Origin: Gammaproteobacteria bacterium
GTDB taxonomy: Bacteria; Pseudomonadota; Gammaproteobacteria; SZUA-229
DNA length: 64,000 nt
Direction of reading: 5' to 3'
NCBI GenBank assembly: GCA_024277705.1
Contig: JAJRUQ010000003.1
Span: 4,963-68,962, forward strand
Numbering within the stretch: position 1 is the stretch's first letter; every line of letters begins with the position of its first letter. Made by a program: the position numbers and the translations under genes. This document shows positions 28,477-38,535 of the stretch, piece after piece. Below the pieces are notes generated by a model. The model made no database searches and was not told the DNA's origin. It saw only the letters and a list, made by a program, of their open reading frames with translations.

Positions 28477-30399
28477 GTGCGCCAAGTATGGCGCGTAGCG
28501 CCTTAGTTGGCGCTGTTCCGACACACGTGGTGGTGGTCGGATGACTTGGTGGTGAAAGTCCACTATCGACCCGGCAAGGGGAACGATTATCCGAACGGCA
28601 AAGGTGTCCACCGCGAGGTGGAATCTGAAGAAAGCTGAAGGCAAAACACTGATCCGACGAACAGGAACCGTATATGAGGCGGTCGCAGTGGGTAAGAAGG
28701 CCAATATCTTCAAAGCCCAATACTTGCACAGAAGCTGCGGACGTAGATATGGCGGATATAAGTGCGAAGGTCACGCGCATTACTTTGGGATGTCTGTTGT
28801 TCTGCCACTGGCTACCGACATCAAGAGATGTCGGGATGGGGCAGCAGAAGTCAGCCGAGGCCATAGTAGGTTTGTAACCACAAACTGAAGGGCTGAACAT
28901 GTGGAACAGATTGGGTGCCGAACTCTCGATGATGAAAGCAGTAACAGAAAAGTCTGGTGAGATACAGATAGCCACAACGGGTGAGAGCGAACAGTATTCG
29001 CCTGAGCAAGTTGTTGATGTTGCAAACATCACGGCGGGAACGGATAACATTCATGGGAAGTCGATGGAATTATTATCGGCGGTACTGGATCGACCGAATA
29101 TGTGGCGAGCCTACGAACGTGTACTCAGAAATAAAGGAGCAGCGGGCGTTGATGGGCTAAAAGTAAGTGAATTAAAAGCTTACCTGAAAGCCCGGTGGTC
29201 GTTACATAAAGAGGCTTTGTTGAAAGGAACTTATCAGCCGCAACCGGTACTGAAAGTAGAGATACCAAAGTCTGGTGGCGGGGTACGACAGTTGGGTATT
29301 CCAACGGTCGTTGACAGGCTCATTCAGCAAGCTTTGCATCAAGTGTTAAGTCCGATCTTTGAGCCGACGTTCTCGGCGGCCAGCTATGGGTTTAGACCGG
29401 GGCGCAGTGCCGGGCAAGCGGTATTACAAGCCCGGAACTACGTAGAAGCAGGTTATTGTTGGGTTGTTGATCTTGATCTGGAAAAGTTCTTTGACCGAGT
29501 TAATCACGACATTCTCATGTCGCGTTTAGCGAGAGAAGTCAAAGATAAAAGCGTGTTGAAATTAATACGTGCGTATCTGGAATCAGGGGTATCTGATGGT
29601 CACACGGTAAGCATGAGGAAAGAAGGTACGCCGCAAGGCGGGCCACTCTCCCCCCTGCTATCCAATATCCTGCTGAACGATCTGGACAAAGAACTGGAGC
29701 GTCGAGGACATAAGTTCTGCCGCTACGCAGATGACTGTAATATCTATGTCAAAAGTGAAAAGGCGGGGCAGCGTGTATGGGCCTCAATCACAAAGTATCT
29801 GGAAAATACCTTAAAACTTAAGGTGAACCGGAAGAAAAGTGGTGTTGGTCGGCCGTGGCAACGTAAGTTCTTAGGGTACAGTGTGTGCAGTCGAAAATAT
29901 AATGTTCGCCTTCGTATTGCCCCTGAAGTCGTTAAGCGCTTTAAGGGAGACATGAAAGCGGCATTTCGTCGAGCACGGGGCGGTTCACTAAAACGAACAG
30001 TCCATGAACTCAACCCAAAGTTGCGTGGCTGGATGAGCTATTTTCGTTATATTGGCGTAAAAGGTATCCTACAAGAATTAGATGGCTGGATACGTCGACA
30101 CTTACGGAAGATACTCTGGCGGCATTGGAAACGCACGCATACCCGGGTGAAACGAATGATGCAATTAGGTCTTAACGAGAAACGAGCGTGGGTCAGTGTC
30201 CAGAATGGACGAGGTTCCTGGTGGAATGCGGGAGCCTCGCACATGAATCAGGCAATACCCAAGAAGCGCTTTGATCGCGTTGGTCTTATATCGCTGCTGG
30301 ATTATAGCCACCAGCTTAATTGTTCAACATGAACCGCCGTGGTACGGAACCGTATGCCCGGTGGTGTGAGAGGTCGGCGGGAGTAATCCCGCCTCCTAC
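28477..30399 (+). mobile_element. bacterial group II intron, most consistent with class C (IIC)
   Basis: The 5' end is GTGCG. About 420 nt of structured RNA precede an RT/maturase ORF. A domain V-like hairpin at 30332..30365 (AACCGCCGTGGTACG-GAAC-CGTATGCCCGGTGGT) has a CGC triad and a 2-nt bulge. A short domain VI-like hairpin follows (GGCGGGA-gtaa-TCCCGCC). The 3' end is ...CCTAC. Total length is about 1.9 kb. Confidence 0.85.
28899..30332 (+). CDS. group II intron reverse transcriptase/maturase (no endonuclease domain)
   Basis: RT blocks [36 protein letters not shown] and the catalytic YADD. A maturase (X) domain follows, with no HNH motif. The start is uncertain (ATG 28899, 28929 or 29064). 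Confidence 0.93.
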   Translation: MWNRLGAELSMMKAVTEKSGEIQIATTGESEQYSPEQVVDVANITAGTDNIHGKSMELLSAVLDRPNMWRAYERVLRNKGAAGVDGLKVSELKAYLKARWSLHKEALLKGTYQPQPVLKVEIPKSGGGVRQLGIPTVVDRLIQQALHQVLSPIFEPTFSAASYGFRPGRSAGQAVLQARNYVEAGYCWVVDLDLEKFFDRVNHDILMSRLAREVKDKSVLKLIRAYLESGVSDGHTVSMRKEGTPQGGPLSPLLSNILLNDLDKELERRGHKFCRYADDCNIYVKSEKAGQRVWASITKYLENTLKLKVNRKKSGVGRPWQRKFLGYSVCSRKYNVRLRIAPEVVKRFKGDMKAAFRRARGGSLKRTVHELNPKLRGWMSYFRYIGVKGILQELDGWIRRHLRKILWRHWKRTHTRVKRMMQLGLNEKRAWVSVQNGRGSWWNAGASHMNQAIPKKRFDRVGLISLLDYSHQLNCST

Positions 30400-30813
30400 T
30401 CGATCCTGAACAAAAGTAAAGCTCAGCTTTTTTGTCGAGCTGTTAACGCATAAGTACCGTTATTTTATCGCTTCGGGAAAAGGTTTAAACAGAAGTTGTT
30501 CGCCTGATGTTTTATCAATAGATTGAGTTGATGCCCGGTGCAGGGTTCAGGCTGCTAAAGTGAGCGGAAAAATAGAGCATTTTACCACTCCCCCCCCCTT
30601 TTATTATTATCATGATTTGATGACGGGAACTATACCATTAAGATTAATCCAGTTATTACTGACCATTAACCGGTAAAATTGGCGTTTTCAATGGGTCAGA
30701 AATATCAGGGGTCGAAGTCATTTTTATAAGCGGAAGCGGTTAATAAAAAAGCTGTTTAATAAAATGACGCCGACCCTGCTGTTAAAATCGTTAACCCGTC
30801 CTGCAATTTCAGA

Positions 30814-32313
30814 GTGAAATCATTGAATAACATCGCCTTTAATAATTCCTATGTAACGTTGGGAGAAAGCTTTTACGTAAAGACCCTGCCAACCCCTGTT
30901 GCTCAACCTGCCTTGATTAAATTCAACGAAGCCCTTGCCGAAACACTGGGTTTGTCTGCGGCAAATCCAGATTCAGCAGAGGCTGCTACACTGTTTGCGG
31001 GCAATTATATTGCCGAGGGTGCCGAACCATTGGCAATGGCTTACGCGGGACACCAGTTTGGTCACTTTAATCCGCAGTTGGGCGATGGCCGAGCCATTCT
31101 TTTAGGCGAAATTATGGATGCTGAGGGTACTCGTTTTGATATGCAGCTAAAAGGCTCGGGGCGCACCTTTTATTCACGTGATGGTGATGGCCGTGCTGCA
31201 TTGGGGCCGGTACTTCGTGAATATCTGGTCAGTGAAGCCATGGCGAAACTGGCGGTACCGACGACGCGTGCTTTAGCTGCAGTGACCACGGGTGAGCAAG
31301 TGGCCAGGGAGCGCTTGCTACCGGGCGGCATTATTACTCGCATCGCAAAAAGTTTTGTCCGTGTGGGTACGTTTCAGTATTTCTCAGCGAAAGGTGATGT
31401 AGCAGCAATACAGAAACTGGCGGATTATATTATCGAACGCAATTATCCACTGGCAGCTGAAACAGCTCATCCGTATACGGCTTTGCTGGCTGCCGTGGTT
31501 GATTCTCAGGCAGCATTAATTGCCCGGTGGATGCAGTTAGGTTTTATTCATGGTGTGATGAATACCGATAATATGTCGATAGCCGGAGAGACCATTGATT
31601 ATGGTCCCTGTGCGTTTATGGACCACTATCAACATGATCGTGTGTTCAGTTCCATCGACCGTCAGGGACGATATGCATACAGCCGTCAGCCGTCTATCGG
31701 CCTGTGGAATTTAACCCGGCTGGCAGAGTCGTTATTGCCATTACTGGCAGAGGACACAAATGTGGCGGCTGATATTGCCCGGGATATTCTGGAAGCCTAC
31801 GTAACGTCCTATCAGGATAACTGGCTGTCTGGTATGCGGGCCAAGTGTGGTTTATCAGCCACTGCGGATAATATAAAAAAAGCTGACAGGGAATTAATTG
31901 AAGAGCTGTTTAATCTGATGGCGATTAACGATGCTGATTTTACGCTGACATTTTATTATTTATCGCAACTGACGGCACAACCATCGGTGCAAGACCGGAA
32001 ATTACGCAGCCTGTTTGCAACCCCTGCGCAACTGGATGGCTGGTTGTTGAAGTGGCGCAGGCGTTTAAGTGAAGAAGCACAAAGTGATGAACACAGGCAG
32101 AAAAAAATGCAGGTGGTCAATCCTGTGTATATTCCACGTAACCACCAGATCGAAGCTGCGATCAGAGCGGCAGAAGATCATGCTGATTTTTCTGTGTTCC
32201 ATGATTTACATGAGGTGTTACAGAATCCGTATGTACAACAGACCGGTAGGGAGAAATACATGTTACCTCCTGAGCCCGGTGAGGTGGTTAAACAAACCTT
32301 TTGTGGCACCTGA
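30814..32313 (+). CDS. selO: protein adenylyltransferase SelO (YdiU)
   Basis: 499 aa with SelO pseudokinase motifs (GHQFGHFNPQLGDGRA, LKGSG.T.YSR.GDGRA, HGVMNTDNMSIAGETIDYGP). GTG start. Confidence 0.92.
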   Translation: MKSLNNIAFNNSYVTLGESFYVKTLPTPVAQPALIKFNEALAETLGLSAANPDSAEAATLFAGNYIAEGAEPLAMAYAGHQFGHFNPQLGDGRAILLGEIMDAEGTRFDMQLKGSGRTFYSRDGDGRAALGPVLREYLVSEAMAKLAVPTTRALAAVTTGEQVARERLLPGGIITRIAKSFVRVGTFQYFSAKGDVAAIQKLADYIIERNYPLAAETAHPYTALLAAVVDSQAALIARWMQLGFIHGVMNTDNMSIAGETIDYGPCAFMDHYQHDRVFSSIDRQGRYAYSRQPSIGLWNLTRLAESLLPLLAEDTNVAADIARDILEAYVTSYQDNWLSGMRAKCGLSATADNIKKADRELIEELFNLMAINDADFTLTFYYLSQLTAQPSVQDRKLRSLFATPAQLDGWLLKWRRRLSEEAQSDEHRQKKMQVVNPVYIPRNHQIEAAIRAAEDHADFSVFHDLHEVLQNPYVQQTGREKYMLPPEPGEVVKQTFCGT

Positions 32314-32367
32314 GTTTATATTTCATTCAGGCGCTTAAGCTGGCCGATAAAAAGGAGGCATTGCCGT

Positions 32368-32787
32368 ATGAAAATAAAACAACATCCTGCGGTGGCCGAT
32401 ACACTGGCTTCGTATCCACATGAAGTAAAGCAAAGGTTACTGTTTCTACGTGGTCTTATTCTGCAAACGGCTGCAGAAATCAAAAGCATTATTGAAATAG
32501 AAGAAACATTAAAATGGGGTGAACCTGCTTATTTGACTGCAAATGGCAGCACCATCAGAATAGGCTGGAAACAAAATCGCCCGGATGAATATGCCATGTT
32601 TTTTCATTGTAAAACAAAACTGCTGGATGTTTTTAAGGTGTTATACAAGGATGAATTTACTTTTGATGGTAATAGAGCGTTCATCTTTACGATGAACGAT
32701 ACGGTGCCTGTTGCAGCGTTAAAACATTGTATTGAACTGTCATTAACTTATCATCTGAGAAAAAACTTACCCATGTTAGGGGCCTGA
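32368..32787 (+). CDS. DUF1801-like (YdhG-like) small protein
   Basis: 139 aa with a strong SD (AAGGAGG). The pattern E.LKWG.P.Y is typical of the YdhG/DUF1801 family. This is a tentative call. Confidence 0.55.
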   Translation: MKIKQHPAVADTLASYPHEVKQRLLFLRGLILQTAAEIKSIIEIEETLKWGEPAYLTANGSTIRIGWKQNRPDEYAMFFHCKTKLLDVFKVLYKDEFTFDGNRAFIFTMNDTVPVAALKHCIELSLTYHLRKNLPMLGA

Positions 32788-32847
32788 AGAGATGGCTGCT
32801 ATAGTGACCTGTGAAATCTGCGATATTTACTTTATAACAAAAATACT

Positions 32848-33291
32848 ATGGATATAACCATGATAAAAACAACGATTATTCCTGCTATGCTTTTTCTTTT
32901 GTGCTGTTTTATGGTAACGCCTGCGCAGGCTGTTGAGCCTGAAGTGGTACCGTTTGTCGTGCAATTAACCCGTACGGGTGATAATTTCGGTCAGCGTCGG
33001 GTTTTTATGCAAATTGATAAGGTATTGAACGAGCTGGGTGAAAAAAATCTGCATATCGAAGTAGTGGCGTATGAAGATGACATTCATGCTCTGCTGGAGA
33101 ATAATGAGGAGACCTCGCAGTTACTGGTCAAGTTGGCTAATCGCGGTGTCCGTTTTAAAGCATGCCGAATCAGCATGAAGTCATGGGGTCTGGAAGAAGA
33201 TGAGTTTCCACTGGAGGTTGAATATATTCCGGCGGGTGCGGTCGAAGTGATCCGTCTGCAAATGCAGGGCTATAAATACTGGCGCCCGTAA
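32848..33291 (+). CDS. DsrE/DsrF-like family protein (COG1416-type) with signal peptide
   Basis: 147 aa with an N-terminal signal sequence. The C-terminal pattern ACRISM...IPAGAVEVIRLQMQGYKYWRP is typical of this family. Confidence 0.6.
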   Translation: MDITMIKTTIIPAMLFLLCCFMVTPAQAVEPEVVPFVVQLTRTGDNFGQRRVFMQIDKVLNELGEKNLHIEVVAYEDDIHALLENNEETSQLLVKLANRGVRFKACRISMKSWGLEEDEFPLEVEYIPAGAVEVIRLQMQGYKYWRP

Positions 33292-33350
33292 GACGGACAT
33301 GTTTCTGTTTCAATAGTGGTAGAAATTTTTTCTGCCACTGTTACGGAAGC

Positions 33351-34079
33351 TTAATCCACAAAGGGGCCGTGTTGCCGGACAGGTTCATTATGGGGTAAGC
33401 CCATAGCGATCATGAACTGGCTTTTTTCTCTGGCGATAAAGTCCAGATGTGCGGTATCTTCAACCAGCAAAGCCTGCTCAGTTGTCACCTTTTTCCGGTT
33501 AAGCTCAATCTTACCTTCAAGCGGATAAATAATGCCTCGCATACCGGGTGTCAGTGTCAGCTGATAAGTCGCTGCTTTATCAAGAATAACATGCTGGTAT
33601 ATGACACTGGTTTTCAGCAATAAGGGTGAATCCTCACCCACCAGTATTTTAACCCGGCCACCGGCCAGTTCTTTAACTGGAAAATCCGCATCATCCACTT
33701 GCTGATAGCCGGGCTCTATCTGTTTTAAAGACTGTGGCAGGTTAATCCATAATTGAATGCCATTGCTGTGCCCCTGCTGTGCAGGCATTTCTGAATGCAC
33801 CAGGCCGCGACCGGCGGTAAACCGTTGTGCACCACCGGGACGGACAAACGACTCATTGCCCAGGTTGTCTTTATGATTCATGCCACCGGAAAACATATAG
33901 GTAATTGCTTCGAAACCACGGTGCGGGTGGTCGGGAAAACCACGGTCCGGAGCGATATCAAAATGGTCCCACAAAACAAAGGGGTCAAAATTCATCAAAC
34001 CGGGTAACGGGAACAGGCGTTTTACATCAACACCGTCACCTTCGGGAACGATGGTTACCTTGTGTTTTTTTAATGTCAT
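33351..34079 (-). CDS. pirin family protein
   Basis: Cupin metal-site motif HPHRGFEAITY. 242 aa. It overlaps the yqjG stop by 4 nt. Confidence 0.88.
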   Translation of the reverse strand: MTLKKHKVTIVPEGDGVDVKRLFPLPGLMNFDPFVLWDHFDIAPDRGFPDHPHRGFEAITYMFSGGMNHKDNLGNESFVRPGGAQRFTAGRGLVHSEMPAQQGHSNGIQLWINLPQSLKQIEPGYQQVDDADFPVKELAGGRVKILVGEDSPLLLKTSVIYQHVILDKAATYQLTLTPGMRGIIYPLEGKIELNRKKVTTEQALLVEDTAHLDFIAREKSQFMIAMGLPHNEPVRQHGPFVD

Positions 34080-35047
34080 GATGGTTCTCCAAATTTTGTG
34101 AAACGGTTATGCGGCGAAGTAAAATCCAGTTGCGGCCCCTTGGCTATGACCTGTGTCGGGTTGATGCTGCTATGACTGTAGTAATAATGTCGTTTGATAT
34201 AATCCAGATCAACGGTTTCAGCAATGCCCGGCATCTGATACAGATCCCTTAAATAATGGGACAGATTTTCATAGTCGGCAATACGTTTTAAATTGCATTT
34301 AAAGTGGCCGACATAGACTGCGTCAAAACGAATAAGTGTGGTAAATAACCGCCAGTCTGCTTCAGTGAGCTGCTCTCCGGCCAGGTATGCTTGTGCGGAT
34401 AAAATATTTTCTACGTTATCCAGTTCATTAAACAGGCGGTCAAAAGCTCTTTCATAAGCAAGCTGGGTGGTGGCAAAACCACAACGGTAAACCCCGTTGT
34501 TAATGTTGTTATAAACAGGTAAATTGATGGCATCTATTTTCTGCCGTAAATGTTCCGGATAAAAATCTGTTTGTACCTCCGTCAAGGTATTAAACGCAGA
34601 ATTAAACATGCGGATAATTTCTGATGATTCATTATTGACGATGGTATTGCGTTTTTTATCCCATAATACCGGTACCGTAATCTGGCCGGTAAATGCCTTG
34701 TCGGCCCGGGTGTAAATTTCATGCATAAAATGAAAAGCATGCAGGTGATCCCTGTAGTCACCCGTTTCGGCGAAGGTCCAGCCATGCTCGAGCATTTCCG
34801 GTTCAACAATGGACAGGCCAATAATGGTTTCCAGTTTTTTTAACTTCCGGAAAATAACCGTGCGGTGTGCCCACGGGCAGGCGGATGAAACATATAAATG
34901 ATAACGATCTGCCTCGGCTTTAAAACCACCACTGCCGTCAGCCGTTACTGTATTGCGAAAGGTTGATTCCATGCGTTTGAATTCGCCTTTATCTATTTCT
35001 TTATCCAGCCAGTTATTGACCAGTTGACCTTTAATTAACATGCCCAT
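34076..35047 (-). CDS. yqjG: glutathionyl-hydroquinone reductase (Xi-class GST, YqjG/ECM4-like)
   Basis: The CPWAHR active-site motif in YHLYVSSACPWAHRT. 323 aa. It is adjacent to a DoxX gene, as in E. coli yqjF-yqjG. Confidence 0.88.
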   Translation of the reverse strand: MGMLIKGQLVNNWLDKEIDKGEFKRMESTFRNTVTADGSGGFKAEADRYHLYVSSACPWAHRTVIFRKLKKLETIIGLSIVEPEMLEHGWTFAETGDYRDHLHAFHFMHEIYTRADKAFTGQITVPVLWDKKRNTIVNNESSEIIRMFNSAFNTLTEVQTDFYPEHLRQKIDAINLPVYNNINNGVYRCGFATTQLAYERAFDRLFNELDNVENILSAQAYLAGEQLTEADWRLFTTLIRFDAVYVGHFKCNLKRIADYENLSHYLRDLYQMPGIAETVDLDYIKRHYYYSHSSINPTQVIAKGPQLDFTSPHNRFTKFGEPS

Positions 35048-35073
35048 TATTTTGTCCTGTGTCGCGCTTAGGG

Positions 35074-35454
35074 TTATTTGACCAGTTTACTATCAATGCT
35101 TAATTTTCCGGCGCCATGAGCTGATAGCAGTAACAAACCACCGGCAATACTCAGGTTTTTCATAAACATAATCATTTGCATCTGATCAGAAAAATCGGAG
35201 TGGAAGATAATGCCGGCGATAATGCTGAACCCTGCCAGTGCGTATGCCGCCCATTTAACTTTGAAGCCCAGCATCACCATCAGACCGCCGCCGATTTCCA
35301 GTGCGATAACCGCCGGTAGTAACATGCCGGGTATGCCCATGCTATCCATGTATCCGGCAGTGCCGGCATAACCTTCGCCGAGTTTGCTTAAACCTGCCAA
35401 TAAAAAAATGTGGCCTAATAAAATGCGTCCGCTGAGTTCGATAAAATGGTTCAT
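35074..35454 (-). CDS. DoxX family membrane protein
   Basis: 126 aa with four TM helices. The N-terminus is LSGRILLGHIFLLAGLSKL. Confidence 0.8.
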   Translation of the reverse strand: MNHFIELSGRILLGHIFLLAGLSKLGEGYAGTAGYMDSMGIPGMLLPAVIALEIGGGLMVMLGFKVKWAAYALAGFSIIAGIIFHSDFSDQMQMIMFMKNLSIAGGLLLLSAHGAGKLSIDSKLVK

Positions 35455-35750
35455 TGTTGTCTCCTGTAGGAAATAGTGAGTTGGTGGCTCTATATTAGTT
35501 ATATTTATTAGATATAAAAGCGTAAAATTTGACTTATAAATATCGATATATTAGATGTGTTTTCTGGTTTGATGATTTTTTGAATGTAACCAGGAATAGA
35601 TCTGTCGATTACAAGGTGGGCCGGTTGTCAGGTATCCGTGTCCAGCAGGAAAATAAGGACGGCAAATGAGATCTTTGAGCAGGTATCAGCAGGCGTGATT
35701 TTTTAGCACTCTAAAATCAGGCGATGGCCTTTTTGCCCATCGTGGTTGTT

Positions 35751-37196
35751 TTAAAACGGGTATAGAAACAAAGCCTGTAAACTTTTCTGATTGCCTGATA
35801 ATTCTTTATTGTTGAGCCATGTTAATAAAGCATTTTTGCCATTAAACAGTACTGTTGGGTGCAGGTAACGCGAAAAATCGGGAGGTGATCCTGTTACCGG
35901 TATGCCATTTGAATTGGCGGGTGTGTCAAGTAAGGTACCAGCGGTGCTAACTCTGGCGGCATAGATGCCGGATGGGGGATCACTGGCAAAAGCACCCATG
36001 CGCCAGATGAGTAGATAATTGACACCATTAAATACCACGGCAAGGTCATCTTTTGGCAAGGCTATGGTATTCACAGCAAGTCCCATCGTGTCTGCTGGCG
36101 CATCCAGCAGGTTGCCGTCAGTCGTAACTTGTCGACTATAAATAGCTGAAACCGGCGGGTCGATAAAAAATGAATCGACATTTCGCCAACTGATAAGATA
36201 GTTGCTGCCATCAAAAGCGATTTGTGCATCACCCTGATATGCCGGAGCGGTAGCGATAGCGATACCCGCCGGGTCAAGCACCATGCCCTCAGGCGTTATC
36301 CTTGCCGCATAAATATCGGTTTGCAGTGACGGACCTGAGCCTGTAGCGGTATTTTCCCATGCCACCATATATTGCCTGCCATCAAACAGGATAGCCGGTG
36401 ATGTCTGATCACCATTGTCTGCATTGATGCTTACCTTATCTATAATCTGTCCGGCGGGGTTAATGCGGGTGGCAACGATATTCCACAGTGTGGTATCCGC
36501 ATATTGGCTATACACAACCAGATAGTTGCTGCCATCGTAAGCAACAACAGGTTGCTGGCTGCCATTGTTGCCGCTTGCTATGACAATGCCGGGTGCAGCA
36601 TCCAGAACCTCACCAGCAGGAGTTACCCGCGCAGCAAATATTTCAGGGCTGCCAGAATTGGCGCTGGTGTAACGCTGGAAAACAACAAGATAATTGCTGC
36701 CGTCAAAGGCAGCGGTGGCTGAAAACTCGTAACAGCTGTGTTCTGCAATTGTAAAAGCCTGTGAGCGAACACCGTTTTCATCGACAAACAGGCCAATCAC
36801 ACCTGCAGGTAAGCCACTGCTGGATTCACGGCAGCTGACAACAAGATAATTGCTGCCGTCTGAAGCTACGCCGGCTTGTCCGGGGGTGCCGGTGCTGGAG
36901 CTTGCGCTGGCCAGATTGTCGGCCAGGGTGAAGTTTGAAAGCAAACCCGCCGCACTATCTTTAACGCGATAGCCGACAAGTTCCCAGGTTTCATTTTCAG
37001 TAAAAGTTATACCCGCTGCCTGTGACTGAATCAGTTCGGATGTTTTTATGAGTCCAATATCCGTTACCCGCCATTCCGTCAGCGTATCGCTAACCGTAAT
37101 TTTTGTATTATCGGCGGACAAGTTGACAGTAAAGTCAATCTGTACCTGAATTTGCATGGCAGAGGGGAAGGAAGCCAGAGTAAGGTCGACAGGCAC
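35751..37196 (-). CDS. seven-repeat (propeller-like) protein; possibly the C-terminal part of a larger lipoprotein
   Basis: 481 aa with seven units of about 50-60 aa, each starting (A/V)xFDG(S/x)NYL(V/I)xW and containing IYAARV..G..LD. It has no signal peptide of its own. Its GTG start is in frame with the upstream ORF. Confidence 0.7.
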   Translation of the reverse strand: MPVDLTLASFPSAMQIQVQIDFTVNLSADNTKITVSDTLTEWRVTDIGLIKTSELIQSQAAGITFTENETWELVGYRVKDSAAGLLSNFTLADNLASASSSTGTPGQAGVASDGSNYLVVSCRESSSGLPAGVIGLFVDENGVRSQAFTIAEHSCYEFSATAAFDGSNYLVVFQRYTSANSGSPEIFAARVTPAGEVLDAAPGIVIASGNNGSQQPVVAYDGSNYLVVYSQYADTTLWNIVATRINPAGQIIDKVSINADNGDQTSPAILFDGRQYMVAWENTATGSGPSLQTDIYAARITPEGMVLDPAGIAIATAPAYQGDAQIAFDGSNYLISWRNVDSFFIDPPVSAIYSRQVTTDGNLLDAPADTMGLAVNTIALPKDDLAVVFNGVNYLLIWRMGAFASDPPSGIYAARVSTAGTLLDTPANSNGIPVTGSPPDFSRYLHPTVLFNGKNALLTWLNNKELSGNQKSLQALFLYPF

Positions 37197-37235
37197 GTTG
37201 CCCTGACTGCTAACCGTGACGACGGTACTAAACGA

Positions 37236-38315
37236 TTAGTTTGCTCCGTCACCGTCCACATCTTCCTGCCAGACTAAACCGGATTGATTAATAGCTTCAA
37301 AGCTGGAACCGGTTTCGAATGCAAAAGTTGTTTGCAGGTAGGGAACAATCTGCGGACTGATAAAATCGGTAGCGTCATTGTTGCCATAATTACGAATGCC
37401 GTTACTGTCTTTGTTAAGGTATTCCTCATTGCTGGCACCGGTATTATCTGCATTCAATGAAGTCAGCACACGGGTTAATACATTATCGATGGTTTTTGTT
37501 CCGGTGACAGTTACTGCTGAATAATAGGGCTCATTTTGTTCAGAGGAGTCTACCCGGTAATTCCAGGTGTTCTGCAGATCAAGCGGGAAAAAGTTTGCCA
37601 CATCACCGGGTCCGGTACTGGTTTCTCCGGTCTCAGCTGCCGCAGCCAGATAAGAGGTGGTTGCTGTATCCTGCTGTACCATATTGATGATGTTGAGCGT
37701 AGTTGTCTCGATATCAGTGGCGGCCATGCTTGACCTGGCTGAAGTCAGCTGGTCTATACTGCTGACCAGACGGTTAATTTCTTTTGGGGTGAAATTTTGT
37801 AACTGACTGCCACTGGTGGCGGCGAGCAGTTCTACGATCAGGCGCACGGAGGCTTCTGATGAGGGGTTGATGTTGACCCTGTCGGAAGTCACGAAGGCGC
37901 GCATCTGCTGCCCCTGAGCGCTGGCGATGACCAGCATATTGCTGGCGTAATCCAGCCCCAGAGCGGTGAGGTCGAAACTGTATTCTCCTGCGGATGTGGT
38001 GTCTGTGGCCAGTACGGTATCGACAGCACCGCTGTCGTTTATCCGTACCAGTTCAACGTTAACGCCATCAGCCACTGTAGACAGGCCGCTGACCGAAGCA
38101 TGGGCAACGCTGGCAATCAGGCTCGACAGTCGCTTGAACAGAGTGTTTTTTTCGTTAGCGGCAATAAAACCAGAAGGCGCTTCAACAAGGCCGGAAACCG
38201 TAGTCTGTGCCGGCGGCGTACCGCTATCACCGCCCCCTCCACACGCTGGTATTAGCAGTAATGAAAGCAGGATAAAAATAATAACAGCAGGTTTTTTAAT
38301 ACAGGTGGTTCGCAT
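37236..38315 (-). CDS. lipoprotein with an Ig-like (carboxypeptidase-regulatory-like) N-terminal region
   Basis: Signal peptide with lipobox (LLLIPAC-GGGG) from ATG 38315. It ends at a TAA that is in frame with the downstream ORF. Confidence 0.7.
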   Translation of the reverse strand: MRTTCIKKPAVIIFILLSLLLIPACGGGGDSGTPPAQTTVSGLVEAPSGFIAANEKNTLFKRLSSLIASVAHASVSGLSTVADGVNVELVRINDSGAVDTVLATDTTSAGEYSFDLTALGLDYASNMLVIASAQGQQMRAFVTSDRVNINPSSEASVRLIVELLAATSGSQLQNFTPKEINRLVSSIDQLTSARSSMAATDIETTTLNIINMVQQDTATTSYLAAAAETGETSTGPGDVANFFPLDLQNTWNYRVDSSEQNEPYYSAVTVTGTKTIDNVLTRVLTSLNADNTGASNEEYLNKDSNGIRNYGNNDATDFISPQIVPYLQTTFAFETGSSFEAINQSGLVWQEDVDGDGAN

Positions 38316-38535
38316 TTGGTTTGGCTCCCTACAGGCAGATAATCCGGCGAATATCAGTGATAGTAAAGCAAGGTTCAAACGGTATCACGACAGGTATTAT
38401 TATAACGATTATGTTTGCAGAATAAAGGCGATTGGCTGAGCGTTAAGTGCGGTCAGTTTCCATTCGTGTAAACGCCGTCAATAGTGTAAAATCCGCTTCA
38501 ATTTATATTCACTAAAAAGAAGGACTGTAGCTCAA

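Noticed and set aside
28488-28506. An 11-nt identity (GCGCGTAGCGC, a hairpin with a GTA loop) shared between the intron 5' region and the core of the 40.1-kb repeat.
   Set aside because: The match is short and GC-rich, and the flanks are unrelated. It is most likely coincidence.
28435-29054. ORFs 28435..28713(-), 28439..29050(-), 28604..28888(+), 28674..28877(+), 28780..29025(-) and 28851..29054(-).
   Set aside because: They fall in the structured 5' RNA domains of the group II intron, upstream of the RT ORF. They are not expected to be coding.
7536-37238. The idea that TAA is recoded as a sense codon in this organism, because two genes carry in-frame TAA.
   Set aside because: Many conserved genes here (def, fmt, hisE, tatA, gpmI and others) terminate at their expected positions with TAA. 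Global reassignment is therefore not tenable. Nonsense mutation or sequencing error is more likely.
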